Below are positions 16,713 through 26,952 of a stretch of 64,000 nt of DNA, piece after piece. The number at the start of each line of letters is the position of its first letter. Within the stretch, counting starts at the first letter, position 1. Under the pieces are notes generated by a model. That model saw only the letters and a list, made by a program, of their open reading frames with translations. It did not search any database and had not been told where the DNA came from. Source of the DNA: an uncultured Gemmatimonadales bacterium. GTDB taxonomy: Bacteria; Gemmatimonadota; Gemmatimonadetes; Gemmatimonadales; GWC2-71-9. The stretch spans positions 64,001 through 128,000 of the forward strand of contig CAVOGR010000002.1 of NCBI GenBank assembly GCA_963695555.1. The letters run 5' to 3'. A program made the translations under genes and the position numbers.

Positions 16713-19712
16713 CAACAACCACCCCTTCCCCGGTTCGACCGGGATCGCCTGATCGATGTCGAAGCTCCGGGCTTCCTGGAACCCTTCGACCGCGGGTGCG
16801 CTGATGCTCGCCGCTCGTGGGTCGATGCCCAACGCATCCCAATCGATTTGGAGTCGGACCTGGACCGGCGACTCGGCCCAACTGGCCAACGCCACGAGTG
16901 CAGCACCGTCCTTGAGGTAGGCCGTCGCGAGCAGGTCTTCCCGTCCGGTTCGCACCGGGCGATCCGGCACCCAGTAACCCACCATGCGGGTGCTCTGTAT
17001 GCCGAACGCGTCCCAGAGCTTCCAGAGCGGCCGCGGGTCGCCGGCCCACGGCAGCCGGCTGGTCATGCCGTAGACCATGCCGCGCCACGGGTTGCCGCCG
17101 TCCTGGAGCATCTCTCCCATCAGTCCAAAGGGGATGCCGGACATTTCCACCAGCCAGAACTCCGGGGGCGCGTCGTAGTCGAAGTACTCGCCGAACCAGA
17201 GCCGGTTGATAAACGGAAAGTGCTCCAGGTAGAGGTTGGCGCTGTTGGCGAAGCCGTCGCGCTCGTTGAACTGGTTGGCCGAGTGGAGGTCGATGAGGGC
17301 GCCCGGGCGATTCCGGTCGAGGACCTTCCGAACTCGTTTCATAATCGAGCGATCGAACGCCACGTCATCGATGTAGAGTCCGTCGATGCCGACGTTTCTG
17401 ACCAGCCAGTTCAATCCCTCGACATAGTAATTGTGCCAGCGTGAGATCCCGGTGTTGACGATGGCGGCGTCCTTGATCCGCGGCACGTGCCACGCCGCGA
17501 TGTAGTTGCCGTCCAGATGTTCCTGCAGCCAGGAAAACCCGCCGCCCTCGCCGGGAGAGAACACCTCGTCACCCAGGCTCTTCAAGGCGAACAGCTCAGG
17601 CGCCTTGTTGGTCAGCTCGCGAACGGTGTAGTAGATCTTGACCTTCATCCCGCGCGCATGGGCGTCGTCGATATAGGCCTTCATCTCCGCGGGGCGAAGG
17701 AAGGGGTAGTTGATCCACGGGTTGATCTCGGTCGCGTGATGCACGTTGATCGTGTTGGCACCCGTGAGCGCCACACTGTCGAGTGGCTCGAATGCATGGA
17801 AGTACCGGGTGGCCCATTGCGCAGGCGTATCGATCGGCTTGAAGGGTGTCAACAAGAGCAGGAAGTCGTAGCGTTGCACCTCGCCGGCGCGGAACGTCCG
17901 CGGCCCGCTGTAGCAGGTGACCAGGTAGGTGTCCTCGTCCCGGTCGCGGAAGCGGCACCCACCGCGGCCGCCATTGTGCCAGGACGCCGGCATCACCAGC
18001 GGCTTCGACAGGTAGAAGTTGGTGTTGAGCGGACGCGAGTACTTGTCGTCCTTGAGCCGAAACTGAAGCCCGGCGTTCACGTCGCCGATCCAGGCCCCGT
18101 CCTGGTTGTGCTGCACCTGCCAGGTCCAATCGAACGTGGCTGGGGCGAAGCCTCCCTTGAGACCCATGCCCATGGCGTACCGTGCCACGTCTTTCCGGAT
18201 GGGGATCTCGAGCCGGATGTCGCGCACGCTGGTTTCGACGGCACTCTGGAGCGCCACGGTAAACTCGATGTTGCCATCGAATTCCATTTCGGCGTGGAGA
18301 TCCATCACTACCGGCCCGGCCTTGCTCTTCGACTCCCAGGCGGCGGCGCCCTCGGCCTGCTTCACGAACACGATGGGACTGCCCTCCCAGGGAATCGGGC
18401 GACCGTCCTGGCCTTCGATCACCAGGGCCACGGGACCTCGCAGCAGGTCCCGCCCACGGTCGACCAGTCGCGTCATCTCGGGGGCGAAGAAGCTGGTGAT
18501 TTGGACGGGCAGGCCGTGCAAGCCGAGGGTCACCTTGCGTCCCAGGACGGACACGGTGCCGCCCCGGACCTCGACCTTGGTGTACGGCGGCACGAGCCCG
18601 TCGTCCTCGGCCAAGCGAGAGTCGAGCCAGCGCAATCGAGCGAGCCGCCAGGGTTCGTCGTCGCCCGAGCTGTGCAGCAAGAAGCGGGTCACGTCGATCT
18701 CGAGATCGACGGTGGTTTTCGCCAGTCCCACCGGCGCGACGGTCAGTTGGCCGCGGTACAGCCCGGCCGCCGCGGAATCGGGTATGCGGACGCCGCACCA
18801 GAGCGGTTGCACCGTGCCCAGGTCGACCGTGACCCGCTTAGTGAAGGGCCTGCCCCGCCAGTCGACCCCTCCCAGGTTGATACACCGGAAGGCCGAGGCT
18901 GGAATCACGTAGCCGGCGCGTGACGTGGTGAGATCGCCGAATTCAACCCGCACATCATCGATGCGCTGCCGCGCGGCGTAGATGCCGAGTTGGAACGGGT
19001 AGAATTCCCCTCGCTGTGCCGTGCCTTGAAACGGAAGCCCGGCCTCCGTCTGCGTCCATTTGTGGGGCAGGTCGCCGTGCATCCGGATCGGCAGCGAGCG
19101 ATCCTCCGGAAACACGAGGTAGGGCGTGTCGGGATACCGTGCCACGAGCGCCTGCATCTCCGTCCTGGTCGCGATTACTTCCATCGGGTAGAAGCTGTTG
19201 AACTCATCCACTGATTGGAGCTCGACGACCTGCCCGCGGGGAAACTCGCTGAGCCGGTCTCTCACGGCAGACGGTACCACGAGCCCGTGACGCTCGAGCC
19301 AGCTGGAGTCGGCCGGCACTGCAGGGGGCGGATAGGTGATCTTCGGGTAGTTCGATCGGACGGTGCCCGTGTAGGGCAGGTAGTAGACATAGTACTGGCC
19401 TGGCGCGATCACGGGCTGGAACACGAGGTCGCCATATTCGCGATTGATCGCGATGCGGGCGACGTTCCGGATCCGCGCACCGCTTCCCGCGTCGACAATG
19501 ATGATGTTCTTCTTTTCCGGCTCGAGGTCCCGGCGACGCCACGGAATGCGCACCCAGACGGCATCGACGTCGTTTGTGACGCGGACCACCGCCCGGTGGT
19601 TGCCGAACGAATCGGGCTCCCACGTGCCGGTGCCGTAGCTGGGAACCTGAGCGACTGCGATACCGGAGAGCGTCGCCAGAGCGAAGGCGGCAGTGAGTAT
19701 GAGACGTTTCAT
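16692..19712 (-). CDS. Large secreted glycoside-hydrolase-like protein (DUF6067-like)
   Basis: Signal peptide; GNHRAVVRV, INVHHA..INPWINYPF, DGLYIDDVAF, WFGEYFDY. Confidence 0.7.
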   Translation of the reverse strand: MKRLILTAAFALATLSGIAVAQVPSYGTGTWEPDSFGNHRAVVRVTNDVDAVWVRIPWRRRDLEPEKKNIIIVDAGSGARIRNVARIAINREYGDLVFQPVIAPGQYYVYYLPYTGTVRSNYPKITYPPPAVPADSSWLERHGLVVPSAVRDRLSEFPRGQVVELQSVDEFNSFYPMEVIATRTEMQALVARYPDTPYLVFPEDRSLPIRMHGDLPHKWTQTEAGLPFQGTAQRGEFYPFQLGIYAARQRIDDVRVEFGDLTTSRAGYVIPASAFRCINLGGVDWRGRPFTKRVTVDLGTVQPLWCGVRIPDSAAAGLYRGQLTVAPVGLAKTTVDLEIDVTRFLLHSSGDDEPWRLARLRWLDSRLAEDDGLVPPYTKVEVRGGTVSVLGRKVTLGLHGLPVQITSFFAPEMTRLVDRGRDLLRGPVALVIEGQDGRPIPWEGSPIVFVKQAEGAAAWESKSKAGPVVMDLHAEMEFDGNIEFTVALQSAVETSVRDIRLEIPIRKDVARYAMGMGLKGGFAPATFDWTWQVQHNQDGAWIGDVNAGLQFRLKDDKYSRPLNTNFYLSKPLVMPASWHNGGRGGCRFRDRDEDTYLVTCYSGPRTFRAGEVQRYDFLLLLTPFKPIDTPAQWATRYFHAFEPLDSVALTGANTINVHHATEINPWINYPFLRPAEMKAYIDDAHARGMKVKIYYTVRELTNKAPELFALKSLGDEVFSPGEGGGFSWLQEHLDGNYIAAWHVPRIKDAAIVNTGISRWHNYYVEGLNWLVRNVGIDGLYIDDVAFDRSIMKRVRKVLDRNRPGALIDLHSANQFNERDGFANSANLYLEHFPFINRLWFGEYFDYDAPPEFWLVEMSGIPFGLMGEMLQDGGNPWRGMVYGMTSRLPWAGDPRPLWKLWDAFGIQSTRMVGYWVPDRPVRTGREDLLATAYLKDGAALVALASWAESPVQVRLQIDWDALGIDPRAASISAPAVEGFQEARSFDIDQAIPVEPGKGWLLEVKRKE

Positions 19713-19749
19713 GGCAGGATCGAATCTCGTGTGAATAAAAGGAAATTGG

Positions 19750-21672
19750 CTACGGTGTCCGGCCGCGTCTCAACCGCTCGATCATGAGTTCGTGCGCGAC
19801 GCCGACAAAACTCTGTTCGCTCACCAACCCGACGAGCTTCCCGTGGGAGACGACCGGGAGGGCGGAGACTCGCTTGGCGCTCATGAGCTCGATGGCCTCG
19901 ATCGTCGGCATGTCCGGTGGAACAGTAATGGGATCTGCGTACATGATCTCCCGCACCGCCATGGTGCCTTCGTTGGGAATGCCGCCCTCGGCCAAGAGCC
20001 GAATCAGGAGCCGGTACGAGACGATCCCAACCAACTGATGGTCATGGTCTTCCACCAGCACATGTCGGAGTTGCTTCCGATCCATGACGAAGGCGACCCG
20101 ATCAACCAGTTCGTCTTCGCTGACGGTGAAGAGATCGGTGTCCATGAACTGCTCGATGCGGGCGTAGGCCTCTTCCCAGCCGGCCGACTCATCCAGGCGG
20201 GCCAACGGCCATTCGTGGACCGGCGCCCGCGTCTCCTGACGGGCCACGGTTGCGGCCGTAAGCGCCGCGAGGTGCTCGGCCGTGTTGCCCTTTCCGCTCA
20301 TCGCGGCCAGCGACTCCAACAGCCAGCTGGCACCGACCCGCCGGCTTGCGACCCGCGCGTCGATGACGCCGAGGTAGCGGTCGATGTCCGACGAGTCGAC
20401 CGCAACCGACTCGAGGCCCGCACGCGCCAGCGGCAAGAGCTGGGAGAGGATCAACTCGGGCGCGGTCACCATCTGCCCATCGATCCAATTGAAACCGGCC
20501 TTGAGTCCCAACCGACCGGCCGCCACGAAATTCGCTTTGGCATCCGAGAAATCCAGCCGGTGGGAAATGTCCCCGAGTTCTTCAGTGGCGCCCAGCATGA
20601 GCCCGGCCCAAAAGGCGGCGTTGGCCACTTCATCGAGCACCGAGGGACCTGCGGGCAGCAGTCGGCACTCGATCCTCAGGTGGGCATGGCCGTTTCCGAT
20701 GCCGTAACAGGCGCGGTTCCAGGTGTAGACCGTGCTATTGTGGAGACGCAGTGCCTGGAGCTCGGGCGCTCGCCCCGCGTCGATCTCGCGCATGGAGTCT
20801 TGGGTGACCGGCGTGGCCATGAGAACCGGGAATCGGGCGACGTCCTCCTGGAACACCTCGAGCACGCTCTCCTTGACCCATCGCTCCCCGAAGCGCACCC
20901 GTGGGCTGAGTTCGCGGGCGTGTACGCTCGCTCGCCGGGTATCGATGGACTGCCGGAAGAGGGCGATCCGCGTCTCCATCCAGAGCCGCCGCCCGAAGAG
21001 CAGCGGCGAATTCACCGCCGCGGCCAACACCGGCGCCGCAATCGCCTGGGCCATGTTGTAGAACCGGGCGAATTCCTCGGCGCTGACCTGGAGGTGGATC
21101 TGGAAGCTGGTATTGCAGGCTTCGAGCATGACGTTGTCGTGCTCGACGTGTAATTCGTCGGCGCCCTCGACATGGAGATGGAGCGGTCCGCCGCGGAGTC
21201 GGCACGTGGCGTCATTGAGCGCTTGGTACCGGGGCCGCGGGCTCATGTTGTCCAGTCGCAGATCGGACTTGGACAGGGTCGGCAGAATGCCGGTCAGGAC
21301 GACCTTGGCATGAGCCTCGTGGGCGGCAGCGCCAAGCATGGCGAGCAGCGAATCGAGCTCATGTTCCATCGCCCCGAAACACCCGCCCGCGAGGGGGGAG
21401 GGGCTGAGATTCGTCTCCAGATTGAACCGCGCCAGCTCGGTCGTGAAGCGCGGGTCATTCAGGGTCTCCAGTATCTCCAAAGCGACCGGCGCGGGCTTCC
21501 AGGCACGGTCGACCAGAAAGACTTCCTGCTCCGCCCCGATCCGACGTTGTCCCGATTCGATCATGCCAAGCGACAGCAAGCGTTCGAGCGCGTTGAGGTC
21601 GCTCAGGAGATGCCGCGTGAATTTCCGGATAGCCTCGGGGGAAAGATCCGGCTGAACGTCCTGCTGGCCCAC
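19750..21672 (-). CDS. Glutamate-cysteine ligase (GCS2) family protein with a C-terminal CBS pair
   Basis: IGAEQE, TELARFNLE, EACNTSFQIHLQ, NSPLLFG, HLRIECR; two CBS repeats. Confidence 0.82.
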   Translation of the reverse strand: MGQQDVQPDLSPEAIRKFTRHLLSDLNALERLLSLGMIESGQRRIGAEQEVFLVDRAWKPAPVALEILETLNDPRFTTELARFNLETNLSPSPLAGGCFGAMEHELDSLLAMLGAAAHEAHAKVVLTGILPTLSKSDLRLDNMSPRPRYQALNDATCRLRGGPLHLHVEGADELHVEHDNVMLEACNTSFQIHLQVSAEEFARFYNMAQAIAAPVLAAAVNSPLLFGRRLWMETRIALFRQSIDTRRASVHARELSPRVRFGERWVKESVLEVFQEDVARFPVLMATPVTQDSMREIDAGRAPELQALRLHNSTVYTWNRACYGIGNGHAHLRIECRLLPAGPSVLDEVANAAFWAGLMLGATEELGDISHRLDFSDAKANFVAAGRLGLKAGFNWIDGQMVTAPELILSQLLPLARAGLESVAVDSSDIDRYLGVIDARVASRRVGASWLLESLAAMSGKGNTAEHLAALTAATVARQETRAPVHEWPLARLDESAGWEEAYARIEQFMDTDLFTVSEDELVDRVAFVMDRKQLRHVLVEDHDHQLVGIVSYRLLIRLLAEGGIPNEGTMAVREIMYADPITVPPDMPTIEAIELMSAKRVSALPVVSHGKLVGLVSEQSFVGVAHELMIERLRRGRTP

Positions 21673-21829
21673 AAGCCACCTCCTTCGTCAGGGGAAGGTG
21701 GCTCGGAGCCGGGCAGTGCGCCAGGGATGGCGCGAGCGAAAACGGCAAAGCCTCGGCGTCGGAATCCGAACGCGAGGCCTTGTGTGTGGGACGACCGCCT
21801 ATCGGCGATTCGGTCTGGTCAGGACCAGC

Positions 21830-22051
21830 TCAGTAGCACTCGTCGCAACAGGCCATGCAAAGCCCGGGCGTGTCACAGTGTTCGGCCGATAGGGTTTCGC
21901 CGCAGCGGACACACAGCATGCCATCGGGTTCGCGCGCAATCTCCGACACGCCGGACGCATCGGGTGCATCGAACGGGTACCCGCAGCCGGGGCAGGCCGT
22001 GGCCATATGTGAAATCGTGCGGGCGCACTCAGGACATTGAACGAGGGTCAT
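21830..22051 (-). CDS. 73-aa Cys-rich zinc-ribbon protein
   Basis: CPEC..CPGCG zinc ribbon plus a second Cys cluster (11 Cys in total); GGAG RBS before ATG 22051. Confidence 0.65.
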   Translation of the reverse strand: MTLVQCPECARTISHMATACPGCGYPFDAPDASGVSEIAREPDGMLCVRCGETLSAEHCDTPGLCMACCDECY

Positions 22052-22220
22052 AGCGATCTCCGCTTGGGCTTCCGAAGCTGAGCCTGCAAGACTCGCGCCT
22101 TGGGTGCAGAATGCGAAGTCCACGATGAAGGTGACATGAGGATACTCGGAGGATCCCTTCAATCTCGGCCGATTCCCTGGAACTGGCGCCCGGTCCAGCG
22201 ACCACCGCGCCACGAAGACC

Positions 22221-22814
22221 TCACCGCCAGCCCACCCGCCGAGCCCATTCTTCCTGCCGCCGCCGCCACTGGCCGAGGTCTGCCGGCGGGCCCGGCCCCT
22301 CCCTGAGGGTCTCCGCCTCCACCCTGCGGATCTCCTCAGCCAGCGGCGGGAGGTCCACATCGCGCCGCAGCTGGTCCACAGCGCGAGCATTCTCGAGCGG
22401 CCCCGGGCTCAACCGTCCGGCCTCGTCCCAGTCCAAACAGGTGCCGTAGCGCTGGGGCCGCCCTTCATTGAAGCGGATTCTGTCTTCCAGGCAGGCGGCG
22501 TGCTGGGCGGGGGCCTCCCCGCGGGCGACGGCTTCACGGAGGAGCGTCAGACACTTCCGTTGAAACGCGGGCAGGCTGATCGCGTGCTGGGCAATGATCC
22601 ACGCCGCTCGGCAGCCTTCGGACCCGACCGTCGACCGCTCGGGCCACCCCTCCGCTGCGAGGATCGTCTCCAGCTGGGCGGCATTGTCGAGATGCACCTG
22701 CTCCATTGCCGGGGCGTAGCCGCCGAACAACACCCCGTCTTTCGCGAGGCGTGCCCTGGTTTCTTGGTCACGGCGTTCTAGGCGGAGGAGTTCTAGAGTA
22801 AGATCGGATCGCAT
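22221..22814 (-). CDS. DUF6624-like protein
   Basis: DQETR, GWP..VG, AAWIIAQHA, LEDRI..GRPQRYGT. Confidence 0.78.
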   Translation of the reverse strand: MRSDLTLELLRLERRDQETRARLAKDGVLFGGYAPAMEQVHLDNAAQLETILAAEGWPERSTVGSEGCRAAWIIAQHAISLPAFQRKCLTLLREAVARGEAPAQHAACLEDRIRFNEGRPQRYGTCLDWDEAGRLSPGPLENARAVDQLRRDVDLPPLAEEIRRVEAETLREGPGPPADLGQWRRRQEEWARRVGWR

Positions 22815-22898
22815 CGACCCTCGTTTGTGGCAATTCAGGCTCGGGTGTTAGCTTAGCGCCCCAAGGCGTCAATCCACAATCGTTCTCACGGAGCGGCC

Positions 22899-23762
22899 AT
22901 GATTCTAGTCACTGGATCGACCGGCACAATCGGTGGCGAGCTGCTGAGGCTCCTCGGCGAGCAGGACATCCCCTGTCGGGCTCTGGTGCGAACACCTAAC
23001 AAGGCCGAAGGCATGCGAGCGCGCCGAATCGAGGTCGTTGTCGGCGACTTCCAGGACCCGGCAAGCCTCGATCGAGCACTCGAAGGGATCTCGAGCCTCT
23101 TTCTCTTGAGCGCCGCCCACGAACGCCAGGCCGAACTGCAGCTCAACGCGATCGCGGCCGCCAGGCGCGCCGGCGTAGGGTACCTCGTCAAGGTGTCGGT
23201 GATCGGCGCCGCCCCCGATGCACCGATCAAGTTGGGGCGGGACCATGCAGCCGTCGAGCAGGGAATCCTCGACACCGGAATCACCGCGGCCATTCTCCGG
23301 CCTCATTCGTTCATGCAGAACATGCTTGGGTCGGCACCACTCATTACGCAACGTGGCGAGTTCTACGGCTCGACCGGCGATGCCAAGGCCCCGCTGATCG
23401 ACGCCCGCGACGTGGCGGCGGCGGCGGCCACGTTCCTGAGCCAACCCAGCGCTCGGACCGTGTCGCACACCTTGACGGGACCGGAAGTCATCTCGAACGA
23501 TGACATCGCGCACATCCTCGGCGACGTGATGGGGAAGCCGGTTCGGTATGTCGACATTCCCGGCGAGCAACTCAAGGCCGGGATGGTGGCCACCGGGATG
23601 CCCGACTGGTTGGCGACCGATCTCATGACCCTGAACGAGATGTGGGCCAGGGGCGTGGGACTGGAAGTCAGCAAGGCCGTCCCGAGCATAACCGGGCGGC
23701 CGGGCCGGACGTTCCAGGAGTTTGCGCGGGATTACGCGGCGGCGTTCCGGGGCGCGACGTAG
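22899..23762 (+). CDS. NmrA-like/atypical SDR NAD(P)H-binding protein
   Basis: MILVTGSTGTIG, LRPHSFMQN, IDARDVA, LTGPE. Confidence 0.87.
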   Translation: MILVTGSTGTIGGELLRLLGEQDIPCRALVRTPNKAEGMRARRIEVVVGDFQDPASLDRALEGISSLFLLSAAHERQAELQLNAIAAARRAGVGYLVKVSVIGAAPDAPIKLGRDHAAVEQGILDTGITAAILRPHSFMQNMLGSAPLITQRGEFYGSTGDAKAPLIDARDVAAAAATFLSQPSARTVSHTLTGPEVISNDDIAHILGDVMGKPVRYVDIPGEQLKAGMVATGMPDWLATDLMTLNEMWARGVGLEVSKAVPSITGRPGRTFQEFARDYAAAFRGAT

Positions 23763-23769
23763 AAACGGT

Positions 23770-24654
23770 TCAAAGCTGCCGCGCCAGTGCGACCAGGTCG
23801 GCGGTCGTGCCCGAAGTGACGAAGGCGATCGTCCCGTTTCGGTCGATCAGGTAGACCATCCGGGTGTGCACCACGTCTCCCGTGGTCTCGTCCCTGGCCC
23901 GGGTCACGTTCCAGTGATCGAGCACTCCTTCGACTTGGTCGATGGTCCCGCTCAGCACGTGACCGCGGGCTCCGAGCTCCCACTGCTCGGCCAGCGCGGG
24001 CAGGCGGGTCGGCACGTCGCGCCACGGATCGAGTGTCACGACAAGAGCCACCGGATCGAGGTCCAATACCTCGTCGCACGCCCGAAGCACGTCGCGCACC
24101 ACGACCGGGCACACCGTTTCACAATGGCCGAACGCAAAGGTCACGAAGACCGGCCGGCCACGAAAAAGCTCGAGCGAGACGTCGTGACCGTACTGATCCA
24201 CCAGGCGTAGGCTCGGTGCGGCCCGATCGAGTCGGGGCGGAAGCGACGCAACAGCCTCGGACGCGACAGGAGGGTCGTCGAATGCGCCCTCTGCGGCCGA
24301 GGCATTCAGCACCCGTAGCGTGGCAGCGGTGAATCCGGCACCGAGCAAGAGCCCGAGCGCCCCCAACGCGATCCGCCCACCGAGCCACCCGCTCAGGCTC
24401 CTCACTCCGCCCTCCAGCGCCTCGCCCCAGAGGGCGAACAACACGCCGAACATGATGGTGGGTTGAAGTACGAGCGCGACCCACCCGGCGGCGTCGGGTA
24501 GGCCACCGGGGGCCGCTCCGAAGCAGACTTCCCGCGTGCGGGCGAGCCAGGTGGCGCTTGCCGTCGCGGGCCAAAGGGCCAGGGCCCACCAGACCACGGT
24601 GATGCCGATGAGGCAGGTGGCCGCCGCAAGCGCGGCGGCCTCACGCGACCGCAT
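23770..24654 (-). CDS. SCO family copper chaperone with an N-terminal membrane domain
   Basis: CETVC (CxxxC), TLDPWRD, conserved His in VVHT; follows the CuA-containing operon. Confidence 0.85.
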   Translation of the reverse strand: MRSREAAALAAATCLIGITVVWWALALWPATASATWLARTREVCFGAAPGGLPDAAGWVALVLQPTIMFGVLFALWGEALEGGVRSLSGWLGGRIALGALGLLLGAGFTAATLRVLNASAAEGAFDDPPVASEAVASLPPRLDRAAPSLRLVDQYGHDVSLELFRGRPVFVTFAFGHCETVCPVVVRDVLRACDEVLDLDPVALVVTLDPWRDVPTRLPALAEQWELGARGHVLSGTIDQVEGVLDHWNVTRARDETTGDVVHTRMVYLIDRNGTIAFVTSGTTADLVALARQL

Positions 24655-24660
24655 GTACCC

Positions 24661-26355
24661 TCATCCGATCTTCCACAGGAAGGACAGGAGCTTCCAATTC
24701 ACGAAGTAGTACACCACGAACGCCGCGAGGAACACGAAGACCAGCACCATCGTCCCGCGTGAGGCGAGCAATGCGCCGCCGGCCGCGTCGCCTGCCGGCA
24801 GGGCACTCGGCGGATTCAGGATACCCGGCGGAAGCCCCCGGGTGGAACCTGCTTCCAGCTTCTTGCCGAAGAACACCGACCACACGGTCACCAGGATGAA
24901 GATCCCGCCACCTAGCGCGGCTAGGAGGCCGCCGATGGCCATGATGCCGATCAGGAGGTCGACCGCCGGAGAGAATTGGATGTCGAACGGCGCCTGGGCG
25001 AAGCTGATGTCCCAGTGCCGCCGCGGCACGCCGAAGGTGCCCGCGAAGGTCATGCAGATCGAAAAGATGAACATGCCGATGGCGAAGAGATACGGCTGGA
25101 TCTTGGCCAACGGCCAAAACGCGACCTCTTTTCGGAACACCAACGGAATCACGTAGTACGTCAGCCCCATGAAGGCGAGGGCCGTCCCGCTCACCACCGT
25201 GGCGTGGAAGTGGCCCGGAATGCGGAGGGTGTTGTGGGCGATGATGTTGATTTGCTCCGTGCCGAACGTGACGCCGGTGATGCCGCCGACAAATCCGAAC
25301 ACCACGACGGAGAACACCAAGGCACTGAACCCCGGATCGCCCCAGGGTGCTTTCCGGAGCCACTCGAATAAACCTTTGGTGAGCCCGCGCACCCGTTGCC
25401 CCAGTTCGATTCCTGCGGGGACGGTAAAGCCGTGGATCATGCTGGCGAGCACGGCCAGGTACATGGCATAGCTCGTGTTCCACACCTTCCAGGCTGGGCC
25501 CATGCCGGGATCGACCAGGAGGTGGTGCGCCGACGCCATGGAAATGAAGAGCACGTAGAGCACGAAGGCCGTGCGGCTGATCTTCTCGTTGATGACGACC
25601 GAGCCCACCGTCAACGCGCCCAGGAGGTACCACACCGACACCATGGCCGCCATGTTGATCTGCTGCGACGAGTGGCCCAGGCCCCACCAGACCAGCCGGT
25701 AGATCTGGGGATCCATATCCATCCAACCCATCGACCAGAAGAAGGTCGGGATGTAAGCCGCGGCCCCGTGCCCCAACGTGATGACCGCAATGATGGCCGC
25801 GGTCGTGGCACCGAAGGTGATGAGCGGCATCGAACCCTCGTAGGTCTTTTCCCGCTTCGCTACCACCAGCGTGCCGAAGAAGATGCCCACAACCAGCAAG
25901 GCACCGACCGCGAAGAGAATGACACCCAGGTAGAACAGCGGATCGGCCCGGAGCGGCACGTACGAGGTGAACAGGACGTCCGCCTTCCCCGCAATCATCA
26001 TCCACTCTACCATGACGGTTCCCAGCACCATGAGGCCGAAGGAAAACCATGCCAGCCGTGGAGCTGGGACGCGGCTGTTCAGAAGTACCGCGCTCGCGAA
26101 GTAGAGGATGGCCATCTCGAAGAACAGGATGAAGAAGATCAACATGTTCATCCCGTGAATGGTCAGCACGCGGTAGAACCACGTGGCGTCCAGTAGATGG
26201 ACCGCCTGCCACCGCGTCAGGAGGACGAGAATGGCCGCAATGCCACCGATCAGGAGCGTGACGGTGCCGGCGACCGCGTTGGCCTTGATGAGCGCGTCCG
26301 CCTGTGCGTGCACCTTGAGTCCCGTCGTGGGACAGACTCGGAAGTTCGAGTTCAT
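24661..26355 (-). CDS. Heme-copper oxidase superfamily subunit I, probable eNOR-type nitric oxide reductase
   Basis: All six His ligands present (TIHG, GHSSQQ, AHHL, GHFH). Gln replaces the cross-linked Tyr at H+4 of helix VI. Confidence 0.85.
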   Translation of the reverse strand: MNSNFRVCPTTGLKVHAQADALIKANAVAGTVTLLIGGIAAILVLLTRWQAVHLLDATWFYRVLTIHGMNMLIFFILFFEMAILYFASAVLLNSRVPAPRLAWFSFGLMVLGTVMVEWMMIAGKADVLFTSYVPLRADPLFYLGVILFAVGALLVVGIFFGTLVVAKREKTYEGSMPLITFGATTAAIIAVITLGHGAAAYIPTFFWSMGWMDMDPQIYRLVWWGLGHSSQQINMAAMVSVWYLLGALTVGSVVINEKISRTAFVLYVLFISMASAHHLLVDPGMGPAWKVWNTSYAMYLAVLASMIHGFTVPAGIELGQRVRGLTKGLFEWLRKAPWGDPGFSALVFSVVVFGFVGGITGVTFGTEQINIIAHNTLRIPGHFHATVVSGTALAFMGLTYYVIPLVFRKEVAFWPLAKIQPYLFAIGMFIFSICMTFAGTFGVPRRHWDISFAQAPFDIQFSPAVDLLIGIMAIGGLLAALGGGIFILVTVWSVFFGKKLEAGSTRGLPPGILNPPSALPAGDAAGGALLASRGTMVLVFVFLAAFVVYYFVNWKLLSFLWKIG

Positions 26356-26936
26356 TGGACGCCCTCCTCAGCGACAGCCTCGGTGTTCAGCGCCGTGGTT
26401 GGCCCGTCGACCACCACGACCTTGCCGAGCATCAGGTGGTGGCCGATGCCGCAGAACTCGTTGCAGATGATGCGGAAATCGCCGGCCTCGGTCGGGGTGA
26501 CGCGCAGGCCGTAGTCGTAGCCGGGAACGATCTGGAAATTGATGTTCAACGGATAGAGACTGAACCCGTGATTCACGTCGAGCGACGAGATGTGCAGGGT
26601 GTATTGCACGTCCTTCTGGAGACGCAAGACCGGACGCCAGCTATACATCGACGCCGAGAGATAGATGTCGCTCCCAGGGGGAGGTTCGACGACCGGAATG
26701 CCTTGCTCGGTCCCGACCTGATACGTGCGGATGAACTCTTCCGTGCGGGCGCGGAACGCCTCCGGCTCCACCCGGCTCCGGATGCCGGACGGATTCTGTC
26801 CGCCGCGAACGTGCCACAGGGGCATCATGGCGAACAGCACCATGCACCAGACGAAAGCCACGATTACCCAAAGGCGCTCGGTCTTGTGCGCGGGCTTCCA
26901 CCAGATCCCCTTGGGGGATTGGACGCCTGTATTCAT
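26352..26936 (-). CDS. Heme-copper subunit II with a CuA site
   Basis: Single TM helix; DVNHGF and CNEFCGIGHHLM CuA ligands. Confidence 0.9.
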   Translation of the reverse strand: MNTGVQSPKGIWWKPAHKTERLWVIVAFVWCMVLFAMMPLWHVRGGQNPSGIRSRVEPEAFRARTEEFIRTYQVGTEQGIPVVEPPPGSDIYLSASMYSWRPVLRLQKDVQYTLHISSLDVNHGFSLYPLNINFQIVPGYDYGLRVTPTEAGDFRIICNEFCGIGHHLMLGKVVVVDGPTTALNTEAVAEEGVQ

Positions 26937-26952
26937 CGGTGTGCTCCGCCGC

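Noticed and set aside
24661..26355. Ordinary ba3/aa3 cytochrome c oxidase
   Set aside because: The helix VI catalytic Tyr is absent (HSSQQ).
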